Source: Paraspadella gotoi (taxonomy: Eukaryota; Animalia; Chaetognatha). Taken from it: 64,000 nt of DNA. The stretch spans positions 13,136,124 to 13,200,123 of the forward strand of contig CM119265.1 in assembly GCA_051294375.1 (NCBI GenBank). Direction: 5' to 3'. The translations under genes and the position numbers were made by a program. This document shows positions 29,526-42,697 of this stretch, piece by piece. Every line of letters starts with the position of its first letter. Within the stretch, counting starts at the first letter, position 1. The notes under the pieces are model-generated. The model had not been told where the DNA came from and ran no database searches. It saw nothing but the letters and a program-made list of their open reading frames with translations.

Positions 29526-32500
29526 ATATTTTATATCCATTTTTTTTTCAGCTCAGCGCGACGCTCCCGTCGTTGAATCTCGCGAATTGCCATCGCCACA
29601 AAAAACTAAATGACGGCCGCCGACGACGGCGTTGGCGCCGACAACGCCTGTCGCGTCTCCCGCAATCGCATCTGGTTTCGGCCTCCACGCCGTAAAAAAG
29701 TCCAAAGGCGCCGCGGCTCAAAACGGAACCAACAAGAAGAAGATGAGCATCTTGATCGGTCGAGTAGAGGCCGCGCGACGCGGGGAGGCACGGGAGTATC
29801 CGGCCGCCGAATTGGGCGAAGACGACGAAGTCTTCGGTTCCGGAATCAAACTCAGACAAAAGGGCGGAGAAGAGGCGATGGTCGGAGGCGTTGGCACTTA
29901 CGGATTCGACTACCCGGAGGCGGAAGCGACGACGCCTTCGACGCCGAGCGACAAATCGGAGCGAGTGAGGGAGGAGCGGAGGAGGAGGAGCCGAAGGGTG
30001 GAGGAAGCGAGGGGGAAGAGGGAGGAGAGGAAGGAGGAGAGAGGATCGGCGGAAAGGGGAGGAGGAAGAGGAAGGGGAAAGAGGAAGACATGGAAGGGAG
30101 GCGGAGGAGGAGGGGGAGAAGGGAGAGAAAAGGACGGTGAGTTAGAGACTCGGAACCGAATACGAAATTAACGAGAAAATGCAGGGGAAATTTTTTTTTT
30201 CTCCTTTTCCAGTCGCAGCCGCTGCGTCCGCCGCCGCCGCCTCGTTGGGCAGTCCGCTTCGCCTCCGCTATTCGCCTCCGTCGGTGATTCTGCCTCCCTG
30301 CGGAGACGTCGACGGCGGAGTTGGCGGCGGCGATTGCGAGGAAAACCGCCATTCCTTCGATCGTCCGTTTCAACTGGAATCAGCGTCGGCCTCTTTGACG
30401 ACGCCGTCGCGGCCAGCGTCGTCGGCGCCGGTGCTGCCCAACATCCGCGCCACGAATTACTTCGATTCCGGATTCGGCGCCGAGGACGAGGACGACGAGG
30501 GACTGCGGCAGACGATGGAGAGCGAGGTGAGGCTTATTGGGGCCTTTTGTCGACCGATCTCGTTTTAGCAGCAACGGAAAATGTTTTTTGCGCCATCAGA
30601 CAAAACCACTTTTAATTAAAACTCTCGTTTAACGACTCCAGATGTCCCACTTGTCGGTCCCACCCGCTATCGACCCGCGCGATTTCCCAGCTTCTATGTC
30701 TTCCACCGAAATCGACGTAGACGACGAAGGCGGCGCCGCGGCGACGCAGGAGACGCTGCGGGGTCTCACGCTGCCGAACGGAGCCGGTGAGAGCGTGGGG
30801 GTGAGAGAGAAGTTTGGAAATGGTGAGGTTGATCGAGAAAAAGACAAAATAATTATCTCCCTCCCCCCTATCAGAACACCTCCGAATACCTCCAGACGAA
30901 TCCGGAGTCGCCTTCTACGTGGACCTCCACGGCCATGCCTCCAAACGTGGCTGCTTCGTCTACGGAAACTGTCTGGACGACGAGGAGCAGCAGGTCGAGA
31001 ACGTCCTATTCGCCAAGCTGCTATCCATGAACACCGCGCACTTCGATTTTCAGGTTTGAAGCGGATGTTCAGTTGTTCACTTGATTTCATTGATTTTGAT
31101 TGAATTCAATAATTTTTGCATAATTTTTTACCCGAAGGCCTGCAACTTTACCGAGCGCAACATGTACTCTCGCGACAAACGCGACGGGATGTCGAAAGAG
31201 GGATCCGGTCGAGTCGCCATCTACAAAGCCATCGGCATCACTCACAGCTACACCCTCGAGTGCAACTACAACTCGGGTCGGGTGGTCAACGCCTTGCAAG
31301 CTTGCACGGGTGACAACGGGCGGGCGACGCCGCCGATCCAGGTTGGATTTTTTTGAATGATACGAGTTCCATAGTTGATTCTCGCCTTGTCCGTTGAGTG
31401 ATCGAACGCTTGGTCTTTAGACGTCGTGCCCGCCAAAATACACTCCGTCTCACTACGAGGACGTCGGCAAAGCTTTGGCCATTGCCGCGTTAGATCTGAT
31501 GGAAGTCAATCCGTGGTCAAGAATACCAGGTATGAAGTTTTTGGTTTTTCGGAAACAAAAGGCTAGCGTCCCGAAGCGGCCCGACAACAGAATTAATAAT
31601 TGAAAGTCATTCAGTAAATTGTGATTTGTAATTTATTTTCAGCCTCGGAATTTTCCAACGGTGTCGGCGTTCGAGACTGGACCCGGAAGTTCGTTCGAAG
31701 TTCGTTCCGCTTCGTTCCGTTGCCACCAGGTCTTTGAAACAGTAAAAAAAATTCTATAGAAATTATTCCCTTGTTTTTCTCGGTCGAAAAAAAAAAGAGT
31801 TGAAAGGGCCGCCACACCTACGAGCTTGGCGGTGAGAGCGGCCTGGAATTCGGTTAGCCGCGTTTCCGGTGAAAGACGAAACGCGGTACGACATAGTATT
31901 CTTGTTCCCAATATGTTACAGTTATTTTGTTATTATCATGAGGAGATCCAAAAAAATTATGTTACTTACCGTCGGAGTGGCCACACTATGAACTTTTTCT
32001 CGACATTCACTTCACTCCAGGAGCAAACCCTTCTGCCATGACTCCCTGCGTTTCGGCGTATTCTTACAGTGGAGCAGTCGTTGTCGCTCAGGCCGAAGCT
32101 GCGGCGAGGGGTAAGTTGATAAAGAGCCCTGAGATGTCAAATAATATTATGAATTGAATGGTGACTTGACATGAAAGTAATTGATTTTCACGATGTCCAT
32201 CGTCCAATCGGCGAAAAAAATTGTATTTGACTATTTCAGCTGCTGCCAATAAATTAATCGCGACCGCGAGACAAAGTTTGTCGGAAATTCAAAACCGTCT
32301 TGGCCCCATCGCTTCGAGTAAGACATCTTAACTGAAATCATATTAAGAATGAAATAATAAAGAAAAAGAAAGTAATAGTAGTGAGAACTACAATAATGAT
32401 CGTGGTATTAATAATAACGGTCAAATGAAATCTTGATAATGGTTTTATCATTTAAGTTTTAGCGTTACTCTCACTGATTAACAGTATTACTTAAATTAAC

Positions 32501-33907
32501 TAATTGCGTTATTTGTTTCATCAGAAACGCTGGATCTGTATACGTCGCTCGTTCCAAAACCAGATTTTCCGCGCGGGTAATTCAATTTTTTTTTTATATT
32601 TCGGTCTTCTTCTCTCTCTGCATGATTTTTTTTTTCTGCACCTTTTTAAATTTTATCCAAATAATCCGCTTGTTTACCCCTTGATCCCTCCTCCCGGCAG
32701 AAATAATCGATACACCACCACTACTTCTACTCAACCATCTTATTCATTATCGATGAACTACTTTGGTGGCGGTAATTCGCATTCTATTGCAATGTTTGCG
32801 CTGTTACCATTTTTTTTTGCATGTTGCATGAAAAAAAGTTGATATCGATCTAATCACAAGTCGTTTTTGCGATGTTCATTTGTATCTTTTTTTTTTTTTA
32901 AGTGCCGACGAATATTCAAATATCTGCGCCCATGCGTCCTCTGACGTCTTCGGCGGAGACGTTTCGCCGTCCGACGTCATCGGTGATCAGAACTATGACG
33001 GCGTCAACGACGACAACGCCGACGACGAAGACGCATAGCGGATGCGAGGTGGATTTCTCCGCCGTCCGTCTGCGACCTTCGACGCGCGAGATGGCGCTGT
33101 CCTCGAGTTTGTTGCCGGCGACGATCGCGACTCCGACGGAGATATCGAAAACGACGTCGAGAGTAGCGCCTCAGGCGACTCTTTGCGCAGAGTCGGCCGT
33201 GCTGGCGCCGCTCGGCGAAACGCTGACGACCTTCATCGCCCCTTCCACCGACTCTGTCCCATCTCAGTCATCACGGCCTCAAGCGGGCATCGCCACGGCG
33301 TCGTTTTCATTGTCGTCGTCTTTTTCGTCCGCGTCGCAATCGCGCCTTCTCGTCCACGATATCGTCTCTTGCGCGCGACCGAAGACGCAGAGTCCCCGTG
33401 GCGTCTCTCGCTCCGTTTCGAGCGGCGTCGTCGACAAAATTCCGGCGCCGTTGATGCGAGAAAGTCGCGTAAATGACGCGGGGTCGAAGATGACGACCTC
33501 ACTAGTCGCGATTCCGAAACGAGGAGGTCTTTCCGGCCTCGACGGGCGCGCCTCTACGTCCGACGCCGGCGTCGACCGACGACGAGAAAGCGGCGGAGTG
33601 GCGGCGCAGGCGCGGCTGCAGCTGCGAGCGTCTGCGCCGAGTCTCATAATGGCGCCGCCGGAGAAAGCAGCCGTCGTCTCCGGCGTCGATCAGGGAGGAG
33701 GGTAAGCGATTGTATTTTTGATCTTGTGATTCGCTTGAAATAATTATTTATTGGGTTAAGTTGAATTGAGTTATTTTTAATTTTAGCGAGACGAATCTAA
33801 AATCTATATTTTTATCGGAATCTCTGGTTGACATGCAACATTTGCGGTCGGAAGGAGCTAAGGGAGACGGAATCGCCTGTCACAAAAGTTCTAACGTGAG
33901 TGAGAGA

Positions 33908-33993
<86 letters not shown>

Positions 33994-34240
33994 TCTACCA
34001 GTACGAATTTTATTCTTCCAGGCTCGTGATGGCGTTCAAGGAACGGAAATGCCAGCCATGTTTCCAACTAAAAATCCGACGCCACAGCCGAAGCCGCAGC
34101 CGTCCGCGCAGCCCTCGCTCCATCGGACAACACTGTCGACGGCCAACCTGGCGACCAAAAATCCGATAGATCGAAAACCGAACTCAGTTCGCCGTGCGTT
34201 GGGTAATAAAGCGATGTTTAATAAAGCCATTAAGTACTAA
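26558..34240 (+). CDS. AGBL5: Cytosolic carboxypeptidase 5 (M14 metallocarboxypeptidase, tubulin deglutamylase); >20 exons
   Basis: N-terminus [20 protein letters not shown]; NRTWFYF; FCYPWSY; zinc/catalytic motifs [71 protein letters not shown] and [13 protein letters not shown] low-complexity tail follows, with in-frame exons to the stop at 34,240. Confidence 0.93.
27765..28008 (+). mobile_element. Dispersed non-autonomous repeat (HINE/DINE-1-like), copy 1, in an AGBL5 intron
   Basis: Shares a GTCG/GTCT-rich block, aatgcatataatttgcctatagttggttg, (tgtca)n and aagtcactgc.gcgcaacacatt with 40,031-40,325. Confidence 0.6.
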
Positions 34241-34863
34241 GTAGTCGTCGTCTTCCTCGTATTCTTCGTTGTCTTCGTCGTCGTCATCGTCTTTGTTCGA
34301 ATCTTTTGAGTTCCCAAAAAGTGCCATCTAATTCGAAAAAAAAAAATCCTTTTAAGAGTTTTTTTCTTTCTCGTGCCCGGGCAGACAGGCCAACGCCAAA
34401 AAAAAAATGAGACGAAGGTAAACGCGAAATATTCGCTTTCCATTTTTTTGTATTAGCGATTAATATTTTTTTTCGTATAGTTTGCTAATCGTTTATTTTT
34501 ACTTACTCCTTCTCAAATCTCAATGTTTTCAGGATAAATAACATGGAATTAAAACAAACATAAAATAATGCAAATTAACTAGAACTTTAAATCAATAAAT
34601 GGTATTCAGCTTACGCATGTACTTTTTAATTGATGGATAAATCTGTTCTAGTGTTCGTTTGATTAGTTGTAGTTTTCCTTACAGGTACAAATATTCCTCT
34701 TGATTATTCTAAATGAAAATCCATGATTGGCGGACAGTTTTCCGTGTTTGGCTATAATCGGCAGACTGTGTCTTTCCTTGTTTATATCTAGCGCGATTGA
34801 CCCTAAAGATTTCATCGTTTTTATTATTTTGTCTGACAACAAAGAATTTTTTTCCTCCGCCAG

Positions 34864-35918
34864 GTTATCCCCAACACCATGCCACCCGCCGGCGACATTC
34901 ACGTTCATCTCCGTCGCTTCGCCCGTCAATGTCACGAGCTTCGCTTCCATCCAATGCGGTCTTGGAGGCGCCATCCGCTGTGGCGTTGTCGTCGGCGGCG
35001 TCGTCGGCGAACGTCGACGCCACTCTCTCACGAAATTCATTGTCGGATTTCCGGCCGATAACAAGTCCGGATACCGCCGGGGCCATGTTCGCGCCATTCG
35101 TCGGCCACGCGCCATTGAAGAAGGCGGGGCGGACGTCGTCCGACCGGAAGTCGGCGCGCGGCGACTCATTGATGGCGGCGCCGATAAAAAAATCGGCGTC
35201 GCTGATGACGGAATCATTTTCAGCGAATGCATCTAAGAGTTTGGAAGCGGCGGGCGCAACGGTGGGAGAGATGGAGGCGACGGAAACGGCTGCATTGCGC
35301 AACGGGTAAGTAAGACTCGAAAACTCTTTTCAAAACTTGAGGTTCAGTTTCCTTCATTCTATTAAATTAAATGTCTGGCTGAATTAATACAGAGGCGGCG
35401 ACTTGTCCGGCCATAACATTGACTTGGCCGCCGGCGCTGATGGCGGCGGAGGCGGCGATGGGATCGACGGAAATCTAAACGACGCCATCAGTTTGTACGG
35501 CGACTTCGACGGCGACGGTCGCGGCGACCAGGAAGACGACATCGGCGCTTCCAAGAACAAAGCTCGAAAAACCGGGCGTCGTCGGTTACGTAAAAAACCT
35601 CCCCGTCTTTCCGGTCCGAAACCGGAAGCGGGGGCGACGTCGACGACGTCACGTCACCGTCTGGCGTCGCTATCGTCGTCGCGTCACCGTCACCCCTCGT
35701 TGTCCACTTCCAAAGACTGGCGAGGACCGAACAGTTTGAGATCCGGACAGGTCACGGCCTTCGGACACGTTCTGAGATCGGGCCATATTTGGGGCGATAA
35801 GCACGTTTGCCGACCGGGCGCAGGGACGGGCGGTTACCTCCGACCCGGAAATCACGTGACGTCAATCGTCGAGAAATTACAATCTAAATATTTAAAAAGA
35901 TACTTCCCGCATCACTAG
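34864..35918 (+). CDS. AGBL5: Putative alternative terminal exons of AGBL5 (34864-35305 and 35393-35918)
   Basis: Two GC-rich open exons with canonical AG/GT ends that join in frame. The phase-1 acceptor at 34,864 fits the phase-1 donor at ~32,771. No separate start was seen. Confidence 0.55.
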
Positions 35919-36976
35919 TCGAAAATATTATCTGTCCTCTTTTAACCCCGAAACTACTCTTTGAAATTAATATCCATTAGACATATTTATGTTGTCCAGT
36001 GCCACCTAATTTGAAATTAAAATGTTTTAGGAATTGTTAATTTATTTTTCGTCTTAAGGCCAGGGATCAGTCAATTTAAACATTACAAGAACTTTATATA
36101 CTGTATTAAACACTCCTTCGCCTCTCTCTCGTAAGTATTTCAGGTTTTTTTCCCAAAATTTAGAATATAAATATATTTAACTTTTTTCCTTCAGGGTATG
36201 CTCAATTTTTACAACCATTTTTTTCTTTTGGTAAACCTAGATTTTTAAGTAAAGACTGATTCTATGAAGAAAATTCTGAGTTGCAATGATGTCTCGACTA
36301 TGATGATGTGTAAATTGTGTACCTAGCTAAAGTCAAAAGTACAGAGTTTAAAAAGAAAAATAAACAAAAAGAGTTGGAGCTCAAACCATTTGACGAAATA
36401 TTTCAAAAAAAATAATTTAGGGAAGAGTATTATAATATATATTATAATATAAGAGGGATTTTGGAAATTGTTTTTCATATTAAAGATATTTAGGTTTAAT
36501 CATTTAAAATTATTTTTTTCTTACGAAGGAAAGTGAATTTCCAAAATCCCTGTCGTAACTTTTGTACCCTTGACCTGAAGTAAATCTTTTTAAAATTTAG
36601 TAAAAATCCTCTTCTCCGTTTGGACTTTTACGATATGTTTCTTTTATTTTATATAGTAATAACAAAATCGAATAAATGACAATGGATTTGAAAAAAAGAG
36701 AAAGTGAATACATTTTCGGAATCGTCAGGTCGACTTTCTGAATATCTGTTTCAGTGTATTTCGAATTTTAAATTGGGTGATCGCTTGCCTTAAAACAAAT
36801 TGAATCCTTAAGAAAATGGGTTTTTATTTCGGAAAGAATATTCCAATATTTTTTTCATAAAATTTGTCATCAAGCAGTTCAAATCTTTGTGTATCTCGAT
36901 GCATGTCTTTCTTCCTTTGTATCTTCTCCACCAAGCATCTTTAAAATGCCGTGTGAATTGTGATCGAATACGCCAT

Positions 36977-39900
36977 TCACACATTTCTGCATTCGCATCT
37001 TTTCTTTTTCTCCATGCTCCAGTTGATCGGACAAGCGTCCATCTCCCTGGCATGCCTGCACTTATATTTCGGCCCGCATTCGCAATCTGCGATGGAAGGA
37101 AACGGTTACCCAGTAATCGATAAGACTATTTTACTTTTGTTTATCTCAATTTCAAATATTATTTGGAATAGTGATAATTAAAAAAATGAAGAGGAACACA
37201 ATGAGAGAGCGATTTCGAAAGAATTACCTTCGCAACATTCCAAGTCGCTATTGCAGCTCTCGATCATTTTCCATTCTTCGCCGTCGATTCTTGCTCCATC
37301 GTCGCCAGGACAGACTTCGCAATTCTGCGCCAAGTTAAAATGGAAAATCATTTATCACAGATATTTCCTGACCATCCACTTCCCATCGTTACCTCTCTTC
37401 TGCATTTGGTCGTGACTCTGATCTTGTCCTTGGTCAAGGGACACTTTTTCTCGCAACACTCCGGATCTTCCTTGCACTGAGCTTCCGTCAATGGACAACG
37501 TTCGTATTCCATAGTTTCGTCGGGAGCGCAATCCTTGGGTGCCTCCAAACACACGCACAACTCCTCGTACAAGACGTCGGATTCGGGCTGGGAAAGTGAC
37601 GAAGAGATTAGTACCAGCCTCCCATCGATTTCCACGTCTTCATGATTCTATCCTTTTTCCATTTTTCCAAAATCCCTCGACCTAACCTCATTGTTGAGGT
37701 AAAAACAATGTTTCTTTCTACATTCTTCCGAATCCCGGCTGCATTCGGCGTAGCGTTTGTCGTAAAATTTCGGGCAAGGTTTTCGCTGCTCGTAGCATTC
37801 GGAAATTGGTTCGCATTCCAAGTAGTTGCAGGAACACGTCCCTTCCACGATCTTGGTTAAAAAGAAAAATCAAGCGCTCGAATTTAGAAATTTCGTTGTA
37901 GAGACTTAAGTACTAGTAACTGACGAAATAAATAAAAATAAATAAAATGTGAGAACGACGAAATACCGCTTAAAATATATCGTTAAAGCCTGAGAACCTT
38001 TGATTTATATCCTCGCTCGCAAGGACATTGTTCTGAGTTAGGAAAGCCGTCCTGATGGAAGTAACAGAGGCCCCAGTCCTGCTCGCATTGGATTGGCTCG
38101 CACATCTCCTGCGAGACACAAAAACAAATTAAAATTTAAAAAATAAAATAAAATAAAATCGAAAAAATAAAAATAATGCGAGCGCAAAGGCGTCCCAGAA
38201 ATCGAGACCTTTGAAACGCATTTATCATAGTCGAGAACGGGATCCACTCCCGGGCTTTTCTTTTCGCAAGTGCCGCAAGCCTCGTGCTTAATGTCGATGC
38301 AGGTAAATTTGCAACCTGGTCGAGGGGATGCTCAGGTCGTGTAAGTCGTCCAAATGTAAGATCATTATTGATAAATAAGTAAATTACCGTTTTCTGTTAT
38401 ATTTCGGTGTTCGCATTGTGTGGATTTGCAGGGGGATGGCTTTGGAACCACCTCGTAGTCCATGCAGTGGGGGCAGGTGGTGTTCACGCTTGTTTTGAGT
38501 TCTACAAAGAAAAAAAGCCGAAAATTATGCCGTTTGGGTCTGTCCGCTCAGTTCTCACTCTCAGATGAGACGGGGGTCTAAAGTCGTCTCTCAAAGACAG
38601 TTGCTGACATTTTTAGAGCTTCATAAACACTCAAGCTATGCCTCAGCCAGCTAGTGTCAAAAGATGCTTTAAAAAGCCGCCTTGGTAACGATGAGAGCAG
38701 ACGTTTTCTTTTTCAAACATCAAATACCGATCGATTGATGGAGCTTAAATTGTATGAACGTGTGAGTGGGCTAAAACTGCGTCGTCGTCATGGTAGTAAC
38801 TCGCCATTTTTTCCCGCCAACCTTCGCAGGCGTTCGGTTCCGGTTTCGAATTGCAGACTTCCGGGTTCTCTTGACAAACACTCTGCTTGCATCCTTTATC
38901 AGTTCCATTGAGGATCTCTACTATCTCCTCGACCTGGCAGACTTTGTCGCACGTCTGGGATGGAAAAGGGCGTCACACTCAATGCTGTCACATTCGCTAA
39001 GCACTCTCGCTTTGAAACAGATTTTTTGTTTTTTTTCTCTGAATCAGCCGGTACTGTGCAATTACTCAAACTAAAGCATGCCTTAAATTAAAGTTATGAG
39101 GCGACTTACGATCGGTCGCCCTCTCTAAACCTTCCTCTATCCTTTTCCTTCGCGCCGGTCAATCCCCACGGTCACCTTGCCCTCGCTTTTCGATAATTTG
39201 CTAATGAAGCAGGAACCCGCCTTCGTCTACTGGCCTTGACACGCCATTGAACTTCTCCGCATGAACCCACCTCTTCTTCCTTCAGAGGAATGACGCCGGT
39301 GTCGACGCACTGTTCCACGGCTATGCATCCCTTCAACTCCTTCGTCGTGAAGTACGACGATTGGAGACGTTCACACGTGCGACAGGGGCGACAGGAGACG
39401 AAGGGGCAGAGGTAACCTGAGAGTAGGAGTTAGGCGCGAAAAGAGGAATGTGTGGTGGTATATTCACACCGCCTCACATCAATCATCGTTCAGCCAATCC
39501 CATTGGTTCACAGGGGGACGCACCATCCCAAGCGTTGTGTTCCATTCCACAGTCCTAACGACTTCCCTCTGTGTTGGAAAAACGAGACCGTCCTAGGATA
39601 ACCACGTCAGTGACAGTAGGGGTCACTGAGGATAGGAAGCCCCCAAAGCTAACATTGAGATGCCCCAACCCAATGGGCATTAGAGGCAACTTTGCTGTTG
39701 CCATCATATTTTACAAAAGTTTTTTTAATTTTTTTCCAGCGAATCCAAATCTGTTCTTGAAAATATTTTAAAATTATATAAAATTCGTACATGTACAAAG
39801 GCAAAAAAAATAATAATATTCAATAACTGAATCCTTTCCTCGCGCCACCCTAATGAGCATAAAGAAAAAGGACAACTCGGTTCACACCTTCGTCCGAACA

Positions 39901-40347
39901 CTCGTTCTTCCTGTTTTCAGAGTCGAAGCACTTTCGAAGCTCTGAAAATCCGATAAAAAATTTAAAATTAATTACCTTTCTATATTTATTTATTTATTTA
40001 TTTATTTATTTATCTCTTTCTTTTTTTTTGTTTCGCCGCGAGTACTCGCGGAGCAACTCTATAAGTTTATAAGTTGGTCTGTGAGTCGGTCTGTGAGTAT
40101 GTCTGTCCCACTTACGTTAAAAATGCATATAATTTGCCTATAGTTGGTTGATCAAATCTAAGGGACTGTCAGGAATTCCTAAGACTATAAAGAATAAAAG
40201 ATAGAATTTTGATGCAGTGCATGTCATAAATACACGGGCAAAATAGTTTTTAGTCATGTCATGTCATATCATGTAATCAAAGGGAAAATAAAGTCACTGC
40301 GGCGCAACACATTGGAATTTCTTTTTTTTCTTTTTTTTTATTTATGT

Positions 40348-40403
<56 letters not shown>

Positions 40404-42019
40404 TTTGTTTCCACATCCCAACACCTTTTTTCTCTTTAGAAAATTTTCCCATCATGGAATTAGCGTCGTAATCTTCACATTGAGCTCCTGTTTAAAAAAA
40501 AAAAAAAAAAAATTATATGCGAACGTGAATCGTCCGTTTCGGTAATTTATCCTTCAGAACTTTAAACAGCGTAAATCGATCAAGGCGTTGCTCTTTTTAG
40601 TTATTTTTAAAGTTTTATCGTCCTTTCTGTCATCGTCGCCATAGTCGTCGTCACCGCTAAATCCCTCGAAGCAGAGGCAGCGATTTTTTAAGCACTTGGC
40701 GCCGTTTTCGCAGTCGCCGTTATTCGCGCAGTATGAATCCCACGTCTCTTGAGTGGTCGTTGGCTCCGGCGGCGGCTGCAGCGGCTTTTCCTGCGGCTTC
40801 TCCGACGGCTTCTCCGACTTAATTTTTGTCTTCGTTTTGTTCACAGAATGAGAATAAGTGAAAAGAGGAAAATACGAATTCTTAATTCCGAACACACTTT
40901 AACATTTGAACAAAGAGCAAACACTAATACTTTAAACCGTTTAAAGATGAGTTATGTTTATCTTTTATTTACCTCACATTTGTCACCCGTAAATCCAGGA
41001 GCGCAGACGCACTTCTGCTTTACTTCGCCACTAATCAAACAAGTTGTGATTAGTATTTATCTTTAGGATTTACTTTTTACAATCCCGACCTGTCTACCCG
41101 TTGATTCCCTCATTCGCTCTCTCACCGAATGAAATGTTGACAGGTCCCCCCGTTGAGACAGATTCTTTCGTCCAAAGAAAAGCTCCTTTTAACGATAAAG
41201 TCTTCGTATTTAACGAGTTTGTTAAAGTTTTTGTGGGACTCGTCCTTGAATCTGTTGGAAATGTCCGAATGTCCCTCGCAGACGCGTTGAAGTGGGATGC
41301 AGCGCGGGTGAAGAGTATCAATGACCTTCTCAAAGTACTCGTCCCAGAGTTCCGCCTCAAAGGGCAGCCCGGTTGGGCATTCTGGAGTTGGGTGAGGGGA
41401 GTCGCAGAGGGGAAAGGCAGTAGGGGTACAGGAGGTATGAGTGAGAGAAAGAGAGTTATGGAGAAAAATGAAATGAGGAAATAAGAGATGCAGAGATATG
41501 GAGAGAAATGGATATGTGCAAAGGAAGATAAAGAGAGTGTGATTGAATATAATACTTAAATAAAGCATTTTTAATTATTCAATCTTCGTACCGTTGCACA
41601 TCTTTTCGTCTTCATCCCCATCGCAACTTCCCGATTCCTCCATCGACGGAACGTTGTTGCAAATCTTTTCGATCTCCGCGCATTCGCCGGTAGGTTCGCT
41701 GAAAGCCAAATGGAAAATTCCAAAGCCGATGCCATGATTGTCATTATTTTCTCCTGTCCACATTTATAATTTAAAGGTAGGTACTTGGTAGATTATTCAG
41801 GTGCAAATTAAAATTAAAATTGAATTACAGTGGATCGGATACAGGATACAATACCAGCCATAATAAACATCTGCTTATCTGCTATCTGAAACTTTGTTAA
41901 CTAATCAACGTGAATAAGTTTATAACAGCTTCTTACCACATGTATTTTTTGTTTCCGCATTCTCCCTTGATGGCAATTATCTGGAATAAAACTAACAGAA
42001 CAATACGCAACTTCGACAT
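36977..42019 (-). CDS. Large secreted cysteine-rich protein: signal peptide, two degenerate LDLa-like modules, two EGF domains, long Cys-rich C-terminal region
   Basis: MSKLRIVLLVLFQIIAIKGEC; KYMCEPTGECAEIEKICNN..SCDGDEDEKMC; RCIPLQRVCEGHSD; CLNGGTC..KCVCAPGFTGDKCE; CENGAKCLKNRCLCFEGFSGAQCE; then about ten Cys-rich exons to ...KKRCECRNV*. The junction around 39,250-39,000 was not resolved. Confidence 0.75.
39451..39702 (+). repeat. Multi-hairpin dispersed repeat, long copy (intronic)
   Basis: Both ends match the reverse complement of 42,935-43,059. Confidence 0.75.
40031..40325 (+). mobile_element. Dispersed non-autonomous repeat (HINE/DINE-1-like), copy 2
   Basis: Starts in a T-run with the perfect palindrome CCGCGAGTACTCGCGG (40,036-40,051), then GTCT-type short repeats, and ends in a T-run. 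Homologous to 27,765-28,008. Confidence 0.6.
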
Positions 42020-42697
42020 TTCCCCCCCGAAGGAAAAAACAAAAAAATGTACAAAAAAACCTAATAAAAGAGTTATCGCTAAGTAAATAAGGTAAAGCAA
42101 GGATTTAAAAGTAACAGAGAGCGTTTATTTTGAAAAATTTCACGGCAATTATTTGACATAGTTCTTTAAATAAGAGTTTATAACTTTATATACTTTCAAT
42201 ATAGAAATGTCACTGCAAAAAACTTTGTGGGTGATTTTTTGAGCATTATTTACTTTTATGTGTAAAGGGATATTGAGTTTCTTAAAATGAGCTATTAAAA
42301 TAAACTAAAACTAAATGTAAAGGAATACCACTAAGTACTTAAATGTAAGGAGGCAGTTATGTTGAAAAAAACATATTTCGTTACAAAATTAACGGAGTAC
42401 ATATAAGTGACAAGGAGCCTTGTAAAAAACTTCTAAGAAATGGTCCAAAACAAGTTGCGGAAAAAAAATACGACGAAGCTAATAGACCAATTGACCAATG
42501 TCCATTAGACATTGGAAAAGCATGCTTCATGGGATAAACGCGACCGCAATCCGGCAATACTTGGGATCTGAACGTGATTGATCATTGACCAACGCCATGG
42601 GACCTTGAATAAAAAAAAAAGACCAGTTTGTGGCTTGATTCAAATTTCGACTTTCAGCACCGCGCAACAACTTGATCGAACCTGAGCGTCACGGCTC

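Noticed and set aside
33233-35302. Long antisense ORFs opposite the AGBL5 tail exons
   Set aside because: Expected shadows of GC-rich, stop-poor coding exons, with no independent splice or motif evidence.
39470-39570. Extra exon of the Cys-rich gene
   Set aside because: Stops occur in all three frames, it lies inside the hairpin repeat, and the flanking exons join in frame without it.
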